Positions 25,586 through 39,000 of a stretch of DNA of 64,000 nt are shown one piece after another. The position numbers and the translations under genes were made by a program. The first letter of the stretch is position 1. Each line of letters starts with the position of its first letter. This DNA comes from Schmidtea polychroa (taxonomy: Eukaryota): assembly GCA_044892525.1 (NCBI GenBank), contig CM097888.1, positions 4,154,001 to 4,218,000 of the forward strand, written 5' to 3'. Below the pieces are notes generated by a model. The model searched no databases and had not been told where the DNA came from. It was given only the letters and a program-made list of their open reading frames with translations.

Positions 25586-26154
25586 TTAACTATTAGATTT
25601 CCCAAGAGTTTCTTTATCAAAAATGAATTCTCCCAATCCTGGACCAACTCGTTTAAGATTGGTAACGAAATCTCCTAATTCTTTAATGGCTTCGACTTGT
25701 TCTTCTAAATAATTTTCTAAAAAAGAAACAAGTTAGAATAAATTTTAAACATCATTTAGCAACCTTCAAGGAAATCCGTTAAATGGGGATCGGAATGATT
25801 TGAAGCAATTTTATGCAATTCTAATAACGAGTTTTGAACTTGCTTTTCTAATTCCAAAGCAGCTTCCATTGATTGCAATCCATTTCCCCAATCAGTTTTC
25901 GCCGGTTTCTCCACATCTTGTAGAATTATAGTACCACCTCGCTTATTTTGATAATTCATAAGCTTTTGAGCATGATCTCTTTCTTCATTAGACGATTTAC
26001 GAAAAAAATTCGCAAATCCTTTAAGAGCAACATCATCTCTATCAAAGTAATAAGCCATGCTTAAATACGTATAGTGAGCATATAGTTCGAGATTTATTTG
26101 CCTATTGATACCGGCTTCACAGTCTGCATGAAAATTTTGACGAATTTGTGACAT
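25586..26154 (-). CDS. FTH1: Ferritin (soma/H-type), 2 exons, 173 aa
   Basis: Exons complement(25764-26154, 25586-25716), with a 47-nt GT-AG intron. [57 protein letters not shown]. Ferroxidase residues present. Confidence 0.96.
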
Positions 26155-26649
26155 TAGTCTTGACCGAATCTATTTCAAATGATTTCAAATCTAAGTTAAC
26201 TAAACAATAAACATTACTTACATTTAAATTTGTAAAAGCAAATAATTAACTAATTTATTTAAACAAGTAACAAACTTATCGTATTTAACAAAAAGTAAAA
26301 ACTAAATTACGTAATTCTTTTGTAGGTTTCATACAATAACTATTGTAATAATTATAATTATTACATTACATAACAATATTAAATTAATGATATAAGTACA
26401 GTTAAACCTTTTTAACAAGCATAATTCTTTCTAGGATCTTATTCGTAATGAGAAATAATTTTTCCAAATGAATCAATGTAAAATTTGAAAATGCGTTCTA
26501 TGCAGCAAAGAATATTCAAAAAATTTAAAGTTTATTCGAATGAAATTATACATCAAAATTATAATTAAAATTAATTTATTATTCATGTTACTTTTTACAA
26601 AAAGTTCTCTAAACCGATATTTTCAAAATTTGGTGAAATTGTGACACAT

Positions 26650-27650
26650 TATTATCATTAAATAAAGAGATGGCGCATAGAGCCACTGCCTTATTAGATT
26701 GATGACTCTCAATGTATAATGTAACAGTTTGCCATGGTTTTAGAATTTTTATGTTTGTGCAGGAATGAATCCTCTCGGCTAATTCATTCTCTCCTACACA
26801 GCTTTTTTTTCTTTGAAAAACAAAGGAACTTCGTGAGTTCTTCAGCGCTTAGCTCTTTATTATAATTTCTTTGATTATATGATCTACAAGCACCGTCTCA
26901 AATCCTCAACGGGGGTTGAACAAAGTTATCCGATCAAAGCTTCTTCTAATCAATAATAATGGCGTCAGATTCGTCTCAAATAAATATATTTTCACGGAAA
27001 AATCAAACACTCCATTGATCCAAACAGTAGAAAAGTCATATATCCTTCTAGTCTTCTTGTTGGACCCCCATAATATATTTGACGTGCTGTTTTATACTTA
27101 ATAGGTCTTAAAAACACTTAGAGTTTCTAAATGCTAAACTAACTGTGTCGTGAGACGGTCTTTCATTGTTGTGACTGGTCAATATCTTCTCATTTGCTAA
27201 TATTTAACTTCACTTGAGCCTCTTCTCCCAGAAGACACCTCTCTTGTCACAATTAAAAATCTGCTGTGGCAGGTATCTCTCAGAATCCAAGAGATTCTAG
27301 AAGTCACTAATGAATTTCTCTCCAACCTTTGTGTTGAAGCTTGTTGCTGAACCATGCCATACAATACTATTGATGTTGATCCTTCTCTTAAACTGCAAGA
27401 ATCACCAACAGGTTCGCCGGCATATGATTCTGGTGTCAACAAAAATAAATTTCAACATTATACCAAATGGATCAGATCATAAGTATTGTGAATTCCTGAA
27501 TTGGGAAAGTTATGACTGACTTGAATGCCTTTTTTCTTAGATTTAGAAGTAGAATTGGAAATGGTAAGTTTGGAATGGAGATTTCGTAATATGCTCTATC
27601 GATTCGCCGTCAAGTCTTCTTGATATAATTCAAATTATATTCAAAATTTT
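26650..27650 (-). mobile_element. pogo/Tigger transposase relic
   Basis: Frameshifted minus-strand fragment RYLPQQIFNCDKRGVFWEK matches Tigger YLPEQIFNCDETGLFWKK; an upstream AWFSNK piece matches GWFDNF. Confidence 0.7.
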
Positions 27651-27950
27651 AGTAAAATTAAAATTACGCTATTCTAAAAATAAGGAACACTGAAATACTG
27701 GACAGAAAATAAGCAGAAATTCTACGCATATGACTAATAAATAAACATAAAAATAAAGGCGTTTGGCTCATTGATATTACAACGTTAGTTTATATTCGTT
27801 TTTACTTATTAACCTTGCCACATTTTTTTAAAGGTTAGTACTAATCACAACATATTTCATTCAATGTATTGATGTATTTTATAATCTCACATGTAAATTA
27901 CAAACTAAAAATGGGAGGTGAAAGGACCTCATAAGTGGAATAGCCTAGGG

Positions 27951-29849
27951 CAGTGGTTCTTAACCTTTTTGAAGGTAACGAACCCAACCAGTTACATATG
28001 CACATTCACCGAACCCCTCCTAATTTGAAAAATAAAATTAGATTTTTACAAATTCAAAACATGGTATATATTTATATATAGGTGTACAAAATCAAAAAAA
28101 ATAAAAAACAAAGATCAAAATATTAAATTTTAATGGTTAAATCAAAACATGATATTAATTAATATTTACTTCAAATCAATGTGACTTCTGTTGTCGCTTT
28201 TCAGAAACCAATTCAGAAATTCGCGGCTTTACCTTGGCAAGTGCCACTCTTATGTCATTTTCACAACAAAGTCTATTCCTCTTCTTCGTTTTTATATCCA
28301 GCATCTTTGAAAAGAATTGCTTGCAAAGATATGTTGTAACAAACGGTAGAAAAATCTCCAGGGCTTTCTTAGCAATAACAGGGTATGTTTCCATTTGTTG
28401 ACACCAAAACCAACCACCGAACGTTAGAATGGTACAGAAGTACCTCGAATTCTGATCCCATTTCATTACAAAGCTCCTTGAAGATGCGGTGCCTCAGAGC
28501 ACTATTTCGCACATAGTTCACGCATTCTACTACAATTTTTAATACTTTTTCCAGTTTGGGAGGCAAGATTTTTGTTGCCAAAGCATGCCTGTGTAGAATA
28601 CAATGCGTAACAATGATGTGTGGTGCATCGACTTTCACTAACGCACCAAAACCAAACTTTCTTCTCAACATGGCTGGAGCTCCATCCGAACAAACTGCAG
28701 AAACCATATCCCACGAAAGATTGTTGTCTTTGAAGAAGTCATCCACAAGTTTCTTCACATTGGCTGCCTTGGTTGTTGTTGTAAGAGGCTTTCAAAATAA
28801 AAATTCTTCCTTTATCTCGTCGTGTTTCACATAGCGCACGAATACTGCAAGCTGGCTTAGATTGGAAACGTCTGTGCTCTCGTCAAGTTGAAGGCTGAAT
28901 TTTGTCCGGCTTGAAATCAGATCTGCAACTACTTGACCCAAGGTGTCTTTGCTCATGTTCTCTATTCTGTTGCTGATGGTGTCATTTGAAAGAGGAATTG
29001 GGGATAACTTATATTCAGCCGCTTTTCCCAGCATGATATTCACCGTCTTCAACATAGCTGGTTTTATGAGTGTTTCACCAATGGTGTGTGATTTGCCCTG
29101 CTTTGCGATCAGATAAGCAACCTCCTACGATGCTGTGAGGATCGGTTTGTTGACGGGTACAAAGTCGAGTAAAGACAGAGTAGCCTTTTCATCAAATCAG
29201 GCTGTCTTAACCTTGAATTCAGCGAGCGTTGTGTTCTTGTATTTTCCATCTTCATGCAGCTTAAGGAAGTGTTCTCTTAGTTTTGCCGGTGCTAGACTAG
29301 AATTACTCAATTTGACATTGCAAATCATGCAGCAAGGATGCTGACTCCCATCACGTTCCGTTATACATGTGAATCCATATTGCACATATTCATCCGACCA
29401 CTTCCTTTTTTTGCTCGACATAGTTAGTGCGAAGGGATTAAATATTCAAATATTAAGAAAAAAATCACACAACGTAAGATACACAGAACACACCATTAAT
29501 TTGTAAGATAACCGGTACTGTGTAATGTCAAAAAATGGATCGTCAAGATGGCGGCTATATCGTGACCATATAATTTTGCCGTTATGGAGCATAGAGTGTA
29601 AACATGTTCTTTTTATATTTGAAAGTAGGTAGGTACCGACGATACACGTAAAATGTCTATGGTCATTTTCGGGCGGCCATCATGAACGATAATCGCAAGT
29701 TGCCGCTGCGTGATCACCTGCAGCCAATGATGGACAAGCGGGGCGTGCCACCACGAATCATATAAGTCGGGGGTCTTGACCTCCACCGAAACACCGAGAA
29801 TGACTCACCGAACCCTGGGGTTCGATCGAACCCAGGTTAAGAACCACTG
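27951..29849 (-). mobile_element. hAT Buster/Charlie-family transposon, internally deleted, 1899 bp
   Basis: Perfect 16-bp TIR CAGTGGTTCTTAACCT at both ends. Transposase 29421-28176. Flanks GCCTAGGG and TATAATGG do not form a TSD. Confidence 0.95.
28176..29421 (-). pseudogene. Buster/ZBED8-like hAT transposase pseudogene
   Basis: BED finger C..C/H..H, FSLQLDESTD, CSDGAPAM, HCILHRHAL, VRWL, then a deletion that jumps to the C-terminal PFVTTYLC. Three in-frame stops (~29197, ~29126, 28792). Confidence 0.93.
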
Positions 29850-29850
29850 T

Positions 29851-30114
29851 ATAATGGTAAAGGTCAACTTGGAATGACCACGTTATTATCAATCATAATG
29901 ATAAAGGTCAACATGGTATTACCCTGCAATCATCAATCATAATGATAAAGGTCAACATGGTATTATCCTGCAATCATCAATCATAATGATAAAGGTCAGC
30001 ATAGGATTACCCTGCAATCATCAATCATAATGGTAAAGGTCAACATAGAATTACCCTGCCATCATCAATCATAATGATAAAGGTCAACATGGTATTACCC
30101 TGCGATCATCAATC
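29851..30114. repeat. 44-bp minisatellite, 6 copies (same family as 18638-19209)
   Basis: 6 x 44 bp, starting 1 nt after the hAT TIR. Confidence 0.95.
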
Positions 30115-30617
30115 ATAATGGTAAAGAATCATTACCTTATTAACCTTCAGGACCAACTAGGAAATAGTTCAAACATTAACAATCACTCAATTAATTAATT
30201 TATTGATATTGTCAATGCATTGATTAAATACTATTTACAAAATTTTTAATTAATTAATTAATTTTATTTGTTTAATTCTTGACACACACACACACACTTT
30301 GCTTAATCTTTGGTACCTTTCTCTCATTCAAACTCGCCATATTTTGTTTGTTTTAACTAATGTTTATTTGATAATTAATTAATAAATTAATAAATTAATG
30401 ATTAATAAGAAGAACCTAAATTAATCATTTTGATAAATAATCTACTTTATTTGAAATATATAAACAAGTTTCATAATATAAAAATAATAATTGTCACCTA
30501 CACGTGGTTGACTGATTGTAAGTATACTAATGAGATCACCAATGATTATATATAATCTAGTATATAAATTACTTATAAATATTATTATCTATTTCACGTA
30601 GAATATTTATCAAAATT

Positions 30618-30998
30618 ATGAANNNNNNNNNNNNNNNNNNNNNNNNNNNNNNNNNNNNNNNNNNNNNNNNNNNNNNNNNNNNNNNNNNNNNNNNNNNNNN
30701 NNNNNNNNNNNNNNNNNNNNNNNNNNNNNNNNNNNNNNNNNNNNNNNNNNNNNNNNNNNNNNNNNNNNNNNNNNNNNNNNNNNNNNNNNNNATTTTCTTG
30801 ATATTTTTTGTCGCAAGTTTCGAGCTGTTTCCCAAATCAGATGCCATGATTCTATCTGACGGAAAGTCGAACTGCGAATACGAGTGCAACCGGACGAAAG
30901 CAAATTGTCGACGAGATTGTTCGCTTTATGGTCCATGCAGTTATTGTTTTAATAGTTGTTCAAGCGCATTTCTCGAATGTGTAAGGAAATGTCAATGA
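30618..30998 (+). CDS. Small secreted Cys-rich peptide, copy 2 (N-terminus interrupted by an assembly gap)
   Basis: ATG AA[gap]IFLIFFVASFELFPKSDA followed by MILSDGKSNCEYECNRTKANCRRDCSLYGPCSYCFNSCSSAFLECVRKCQ*. Confidence 0.75.
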   Translation: MXXXXXXXXXXXXXXXXXXXXXXXXXXXXXXXXXXXXXXXXXXXXXXXXXXXXXXXXXIFLIFFVASFELFPKSDAMILSDGKSNCEYECNRTKANCRRDCSLYGPCSYCFNSCSSAFLECVRKCQ

Positions 30999-31443
30999 TA
31001 GAATGAAAATAAAAGTTTATATTTAATTCGTGTTTCCTCAGTTATTCTAGGAAGTGTCAATTTCATTTTGTGAAATAGCGGCAAAACTCATGATCGAAAC
31101 CCTCTATTTGACCACCAGTCACACCTTCTGTGTTTTCGCTAATTAGATTCGAGAAAACATGACATCGGGCAAACCAATGAAATTTGAGAGAGGAGGGGGG
31201 GTCAATTGGCTGAGGGCCAATACACACTGAAAATGTAATCTAGCAATATCATTAATAAACGCAAAATATAAAATAGATTCCTGAGGAACTCATAAATCCA
31301 TTTTCACTATTTTGTTCCTTGCAATAGTTATGTTCGTACGTGGGATATACGGATAACACACTCACTCGATGTGACTCCAAGGATATATGTTCAATAAAAC
31401 AAAATCACAACACGACTTATATAAAACTATTTATTTATATGTA

Positions 31444-32467
31444 CAGTAAACCCTCCAACTGCGCGGTTTTTCACTGCGCGGTTTCGCAATTGCGCGACCA
31501 AACCTTTAATACCAAAATTTCGATCTGCGCGCTAAAAATTTCGTAGCTGTGCGGTTTTTTTTGTTTTTGTCTATTTTAACAAGAAAAATCATGTCAATTT
31601 AATTTTTTATGGTGAATCCCGTAAAACTACGAATACATATGGTAGTGAAAATAGTGATTCATCGTATTTCGATGCACTGTATTTTTTATATAAAAATAAT
31701 AAAGGCAGTTTCATTTTTCTAGTGATGTGGTTAGGATTAGGATGTAAAATTACATAGTTTTAATTAATAGATATTTATACAAGTGTTTATTTAATTAAAA
31801 ATATATTAGTATTAAATTCAAAAAAATCTTATTCGTGTGCATTAGATATAACCGTTTACTACCGAAAAAATATCAAGTTTTTTAAAACTTGGTAGTCAAC
31901 TTGAACAGCAAGCTCTTAATATAGACCCTGATATGGAGCGTGCCTTAAAATTTCGGAGAAATCTGACAGCAGCTTTAGCACCATATGCTGAAATTTATAA
32001 AGAAAAACAAAAAGCTGGTAAGCAATCAGTGTTAACAAGCTTTTTTCAAAAAATTATACAATCACAGCCAATAGAATCAAGCTCATCAGCATGTAGCAGT
32101 GATTAATATAACGTTACTTATGTTAATTTTTATTTATGTTTAGTCGTTGAATTGAGACTGTTTTTTAGTTCTTGTATTGTTTTTTATAATTTTTATTTAT
32201 GTTAAATTTTTATTAATTTTTATAATAGTAATATTAATTATGTAAAAGCAATGAATTGAGACTGTTTTTATTAGTTTTTATGTTTATATAAATGTAAATA
32301 TGTATATTAGTCGTTGAATAAAGACTTTTTATTATATTTTTTAATATTTTTGTAATATCTGGAACCTAACCCCATAATTACATATATAATCGGGTTCACA
32401 GTGCGCGGTTTCGGTTTGCGCGTTGTTTTTGTGGAACGTATCTACCGCGCAGTTGGAGGGTTTACTG
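31444..32467 (+). mobile_element. Non-autonomous pogo/Tigger element, 1024 bp
   Basis: 24-bp perfect TIR CAGTAAACCCTCCAACTGCGCGGT and TA TSD. Residual transposase C-terminus DPDMERALKFRRNL..ALAPYAEIYKEKQKAGKQ..LTSFF. The empty site is present in copy 1 at ~20471. Confidence 0.96.
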
Positions 32468-33479
32468 TATAATATATATATATATACAAAATGTGGATTT
32501 AATTACAAAGTTTAAAATAACAATAAACGCGTTGCCCCAAAAAGTTGTTTCAAATAGGCAGCTGATAGATATCGGCTATACAAACTGTCCTAAGATATTT
32601 GCTGAGATATTTCTAAGACAGTGAATGCAGTATCCTAATTGGTCAACAGCACAATTCAACAAAGCCAGGAAATAGACGAGGGTTACCCGAAATTTACCGC
32701 GATCGATTACTACCCAGAAATTGGTACTAACGTTATCCTAAATTGCCTACCATCTGTTATTTTACCAAAAACAACCAAACCATCTTCTCTAGAAACCCGA
32801 TGATGTTTCCAAAGTAATATAAGCCTTGCTAGAACTGTTACAGCTGATCTATCAAATTATATAATGACCAATTTCTGTTTTTCGCAAATGGCTGTCATAA
32901 GGTACTTTAATTTGATCTTCCTTCTCTGTACTGATAAACTGTGCCATTTCATATCAAAATTTATAAATTAAAATAAATCAAAAATTATTATTTTTTAAAT
33001 AATTTCTTTTATTAATTACTAATTATATTATTAATTTTATTAATTACTAATTAGTTTTACCTTATCAAGCTTGTTCCTTACAAATCAGTCAAAATCTCAA
33101 AAATAGGAAAAAACCTTTTTATCATATATGTTAACATGTCAAGGACAGGTAAAAATTACTAGAAACTGTTCAAAATATAGAAGAGTAACAAAATGGATGT
33201 GATTAATATGCAAACCTAGGCTAAGCGAGGGGGGGGGCATAATCTGTGATTCTATGTAATAATTAAAAAAAAATTTGCACTGATAAATGGAATGACTAGT
33301 GAAAATTCCATAAGCAATATTGGCATTATATAAATTATTATTTATTAGTTTGTTTAAATAGTTGACATTTCATTTTAAAAAAATAATGATTAAAATAATA
33401 TTTTTAAAGAATTTTAAAAATATAAAATAATTATTTGTTGAAAATTATTTTTGAAAATACTTATTTAAAATTGTTATTT

Positions 33480-33625
33480 ATAATTTAAAAATTTATAGAT
33501 TTAATAATTTGTTTATAAATGATTAATATAGTAAGTTATTCACCCTTATTGAATGTAGGTAACCTGATGATGATGATAGTGATGCTATCGAAATATATAG
33601 TGAAAAAGATGTACGAATGGCGATT
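33480..33625 (+). mobile_element. PLE 3'/pLTR fragment
   Basis: GAATGTAGGTAACCTGATGATGATGATAGTGATGCTATCGAAATAT..GAATGGCGATT matches 11115-11200 and 52028-52105. Confidence 0.8.
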
Positions 33626-34249
33626 TTCATTTTAAATTTGAATAAAGATTATAATTGATAATAAGTATTCCATTTTAAATAAGTCATATGTAACTGGTGA
33701 CCACACAAAAAAATCAGAATATCAATGCTGTAGGGCCCCTGAGAGTTTGACTGAATGAGTGCCTTGTGTGGAATGACTGGGAAAGAGGTCAGCTCCTCAA
33801 AGCTCATAAATGATTATTGAAATCTTACCCTTTGTGTACTCATGGTGACCGGCCATGTTAGTAATGTAAGCAAGGGCTGAAAAGTCAAGGTGAACAAATG
33901 AATGTGAAACGTAAATTCCGAGATAACATAAATGATTTCAGAACAGAAAATAACTTTATTGAAGATCTATGCAAGACGAAAGAAGAAACGCCAATAACTC
34001 CATGGATTTCATTTCATCAGTGGGGTAGAGAGAATAGACTTTGAAATAAGAAATAAATGGAGAACAGGAAAAGCGAAAGATGGGAGAAGATAGAGTGAGT
34101 TACTATTAAATAATATATAATATATATATTTACTATTAAATAAACTATAATAAACTATAAATAATAAAAAACTATTAAATAATATATGGGACTCAAGCGC
34201 ATCGGTAATAGTAATGAGCTAGAGCTTGTGGGATATTATTATGGAAAGG

Positions 34250-35250
34250 TTTTACTACCAACAGAGAATACTCAATTGGCAATACCAGCCACGTAGAACC
34301 AGAAAACTAGTAAAATAGATCAACAACATAGAAGCCACATTGTTACATAAAATTCATACAAATAAAGAACGAATAAGCAAAGCAATGATAACACTGGCAA
34401 ATCAAAAGAACAAAACCATTGAAAATTTCATCAAATAATACGGAGTATTTTTCATGGGATCGAGGCTTGGTCTTGGTTTCACATAATTAATCCAACATGA
34501 GGTGCGGACTTCGGGAGGGGGCAATAATGCCACTTCCACACCGACAATCAATGCACGATTAAAAAAAAATTCGAAGAACTAATAAAAGATTTAATGAAAG
34601 TGAACGTGATTCGACGGTGTAAAAGTTATTGGGATGCCCTATTGGTAATAATAGAGAAGAAAGATGTTTCCATAATAATCTAAAAATGAATAATTTTCTA
34701 TGTCAAGTACTAAGATTTTAGTACAACATTTAGTACAAGAGGTTTACAATTTGGTTTGAACAGACTGCCGTTTGGTTTGGCAAAAGCTCCTGTTACCTTC
34801 CGGTGATTGATGCATAAATTACTTTAAGGTATGTTATTCAGAGGAGTAGTTGTTTATCTATATGATATTATGATATATGATGAAGACCATTTAAACACAA
34901 TGAACAATTGATAACGATATTCAGAAGAATTCACAAAGCAGGACTCAAAATTAACCCAGAAAGTATGAATTCAACTATGTATTCTTAGACACACAGTGAG
35001 ATCTTTACTCACAGAAACACGAAAAAAGTGGTAAAAATTGAAAAAGAAGAAGTACCAAAATCCTCGAAACATTGAAATCAATTCTTGGAGGTGCAAAATG
35101 CAAAGGAACACAGAAAAAACACAAGAACGGAATGCAATACAAAGCCTTGTACTAGATTATCAAATTTCACTCATCCCATTGAATTAAATTTCAATGCAAA
35201 GATGGAACAAAAGAAAGAAGAACCGCTAAAGAAGTGACAATGATTTTGAG
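34250..35250 (+). mobile_element. Degraded Ty3/gypsy RT relic
   Basis: FEELIKDLMKVNVIRRCKSYWDALLVIIEKKD and LNRLPFGLAKAPVTF..VVVYLYDIMIY (YxDD position). Many stops. Confidence 0.75.
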
Positions 35251-35449
35251 AAAGGGTTAAGTTGATTATTTAAATAATAAGTTTGTTTAAATATTCGATA
35301 TTTCATTGGAGATTTGAATAAAGGTTATAACGAATGATAATTAAATCATTTATTTCACCGGCAACATATCAATAAAATAAATATTTCATTATTCAATAAT
35401 AATTTTATTGCGGAATAATTCCACAAAGATCGCTATAAAATTGTATTTA

Positions 35450-35550
35450 TTAAAAAGCTATGAATCAGTCAATATATCGATGTTTTCTTTATATTCACGA
35501 ATTTTCCGCACTGCCTTTTTCAAGTGATTTTTATATAAATGAATCTATTG
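35450..35550 (-). repeat. Dispersed ~100-bp motif (copy B, inverted relative to copies A and C)
   Basis: GAATCAGTCAATATATCGATG..CACGAATTTTCCGCACTGCCTTTTTCAAGTGA is the reverse complement of 39400-39466 with a few mismatches. Confidence 0.8.
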
Positions 35551-36012
35551 AGAGATTTGATAGGACGTTTTGACTGAATTTTTCTGTTGGAATTTTCTGA
35601 TTGCCCGGAAGGGACAGATTAGGATGTAATGAAACGCATTAAAAGGTAAAATGTATCCTAATATTATATAAATAAACACAATATTTCCCATTTTCCCAGT
35701 GAAATCAGACTCACTAGACGAGAGATGGGAAATGTTTATCCTAAATTCGAGTTTTAGGTCTCAAATTTTATCAGTTGTTTAGACAATATTTTGCCTTGAT
35801 AATTTCTTCAACATTTCCTTCTTAATGGAAAGCTCTGAAAACAATCTGGGAATTATCTGATAATAAAAAATGACAAATAGATTTGTTTGGCTGTTGACTG
35901 GGCAAACATTCACAAATAAATACAAATATTTCATTTCAATTTGGACATCCAATTAAATTGTTTTTGTAAACAACATAAATAATTCGTTTCAGCAAATGCT
36001 AATCCAGTTCCC

Positions 36013-39000
36013 ATGAAGTTCATCAATCGTTATTCAACTTTGAAACCTTACCAAAGGACCTTTGAAAATGAAGAATCTTTGGTGGTCAAGATCAATGTCC
36101 GAGGAATAAAGTTTAAGGTGTTTTGGAATACGATAAAGAAGATGCCCGGGTTGAGTAAAACGATACTTGAAAAAGGTTTGTATAACAAAACGAAAAACGA
36201 ATATTTTTTTGATCGAGATCCTGAGGTCTTCAAATGTCTTTTGAATCTTTGTCGGTTGGGAGAGATGCACATTCCGAGTACTATTTGTGGGCCGCTGTTT
36301 AATAGGGAAATTAAAGAATGGGGAATTCGGATTGAAAACAAGGTCGAGTTCTGTTGTTTGATGAATTTGACCAATTCTATGATGAGAATAAAAAATCTGA
36401 GAAATTTTGAGAAATTCTTTTATAAAAAATCCGATAAGGCAACAAATTCGATAAAATGCGTTTCTCATTTCCGGCAAATGATTTGGAAGGTACTCGAACA
36501 TCCTACCTCAAGCGCACTTGCTCTGGTAAGCTATGACCATTTCTTGTATTATTTATAAGAGGATGATAATATTTGGTACCGTTCTTTTTTTATTCAAAGG
36601 GAGATTTAGCACTTTGTGATTATTCTTCTCCATCCTTGGACAAAGGATTTCAACTGAAAGACTCTTCTATCAAAATTATCTTCTGAAACTGACTTTACAG
36701 TAAAACTTTATTTACATTGGTATTGCCAGTTGTAACTGATAAAAATATAATAACATTTCCAGGGGAAGCCGTGGACTCTTATCTATCCTGATCTGAAAGG
36801 TTTATGGTTCAGAATAATTTGAGTAACCATTCCATAAAATAAACGACAATATTAAAAAATAATAATATATAAATAGCATGTGGTGAGCTTCAGAAAACTT
36901 CATGAAGGGTGTTTATAAATACATCTTGCCCTATTTATAAATAATAAGTATATTGATATAAAAAGTTCTTATAAAAAATTAAAAATTATGACGTAACCAT
37001 TGGTTAAAACGTAATCACCGAGTAAAACAAAATTCAGAATATTATACAATCATTGATTAAAACAAAATATTATGTAATCAACGACAAAAACATTTTTTGG
37101 GAGAGTTGAGAATTCCTATCGGATCTCGATATATCCATAGGACCTATCTACTCCAGAAGGGGTCGCAAAAATTTGGTTTTATCATTTTGAAAAAAAAACT
37201 TTTACTTTTTTGATTTTTTCAATAAATTTTTCTAGGTGAGGCCCAATTATTTTTTTTGAAAGAAGCACTGAAGGATTAACTACAACACTTTAACCAGATC
37301 TCTTTATCAAATCCAGTAAAAATCCCATAACACACTTACTAGATATAAATGTCCAATAAGGACCTAAGGAAAACTTCAGCACCTGCCATTCAGAGCAACT
37401 ACCATATATACCGCGAGCATGCATATAAAAGGCATATGAAGGGTATGTGCCTCTGATGGATATTTGACGGGATGCTGGGCTACGCTGTGTTAATTGTGCT
37501 GTCGTCCTTTGGTCCGATTTTGCTATTATTTATTGTTAGGAATTTAGAAGTATAAAGCCAGTAGTATAGAATTATGTATTTAGATAATCATAATTAAAAT
37601 ACAATTTCTAACTAGTATAATCCCCGTCAAGCATGACGGCAAAAGTTGAAATGATAATAAAGTTAATTTTTCGTACATTTTATTTTTAAAATTTTTCAAG
37701 TAACTTAAAGTTAAATTTTAATCTGTGGGACGAATAGACAAACACAGAAAATATTTTACTGGCAAATTATAAGTAGATAATCGGTGAAACTGACACACAT
37801 AAAAGCAAACAAAGAAATTAATGACGGTTATTATATTATTAATAGATATTCAATGATGTTTCTAGTGGTAAATGTTTCAAGCTTATTTGGCTCTCACTGG
37901 TGCATTGTAAGAAACCCGATTTTACCCGGAATCTATTACATAACTTTATTATGTGCCCTTAGAATGTGATTACTAATCTGTCGGGTAAATAAACTTTATT
38001 TGTCACCAAATTAGCGTAAAAACAACCAGTTTGTAATGAAATCAGATGGCGGTAAGTTGTATCAAATATTTGGATATTTCTCAATATTTTTAAAATGCGA
38101 TTGCTACCTTAATTGCGCTTAGTTAGTCATCCGAAAGCCAAAACACTTCTATAATTTCAAATAAGCTACGAACACAATTTAGGACCAGAAAGGCTATCTA
38201 TTGTGCCATTTGTAGAATTGTTTACTAGTCGTCAATATTATTTATAGCTAATTATTAAAACAAATTTTCAAAATAAAAATACTTATTTAGATATATTCGG
38301 CAATTCTCTATTTGGCGGTGATGGGATTCCTATTCGTATTCGTAGTGTCCACGGTCAATTCAGACTCATTTGTACTTCAAAAGCTGGAAATTAAACAAAA
38401 CGTAACGATTCAAACTCCCGAGAAGGCGTATTACCTCAAAATTCTTAATTACATAACCGTGTTAATTCTCACATTCGATTTGATTACTCGCACAATTTTC
38501 TGTGACAATTTACGATCCCACGTATGCAGCTGTTATACGATAATTGACGTACTTTCCTTGATACCGGTTTATTACAACAATATCTACCTTCTATTTTGGA
38601 AACCAGATTTGCCTGATACCACAACCACAGAAGCAGGTCGTGTAATCCGAGTGTTGGGAATCACCAGTGTTTTGAGGTTTTTCAGAATCCTAAGGCAATA
38701 TCGAGGGTTTCAAGTTCTCCTTTACACTATGAAAGTTAGTGCTTATGACTTGATATTAATGATGGTCTTTGTGATGGTTGCAATCTTGGTTTTCTCTTCA
38801 GTAATATTCTACGTAGAAGAAAACGCACAAGAGACTCACTTCACAAACATTCCAAAATCGTTCTGGTGGTGTATCGTGACGATAACGACAACAGGATACG
38901 GAGATATGGTTCCAAAAACACCGTTAGGATTTTTAGTAGCTGGAATTTGTTCTTTATGCGGCGTACTTTTAATAGCGTTTACAGTTCCTATTTTGGTAAA

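Larger units (their letters stand above)
30115..33026 (+). repeat. Segmental duplication, copy 2 (contains an extra Tigger-like insertion)
   Basis: Colinear with 19210-21005 apart from the 31444-32467 insertion and small indels. Confidence 0.95.

Noticed and set aside
26155-26700. Iron-responsive element upstream of ferritin
   Set aside because: No CAGUGN loop with a paired stem near the start. The only CAGTG (~26685, minus strand) does not form the stem.
36034-36501. Antisense and alternate-frame ORFs over the Kv gene, hAT transposase and retroelement (e.g. 28556-28834, 55250-55492, 62682-63098)
   Set aside because: They are shadows of coding sequence on the other strand or frame, with no independent motifs.
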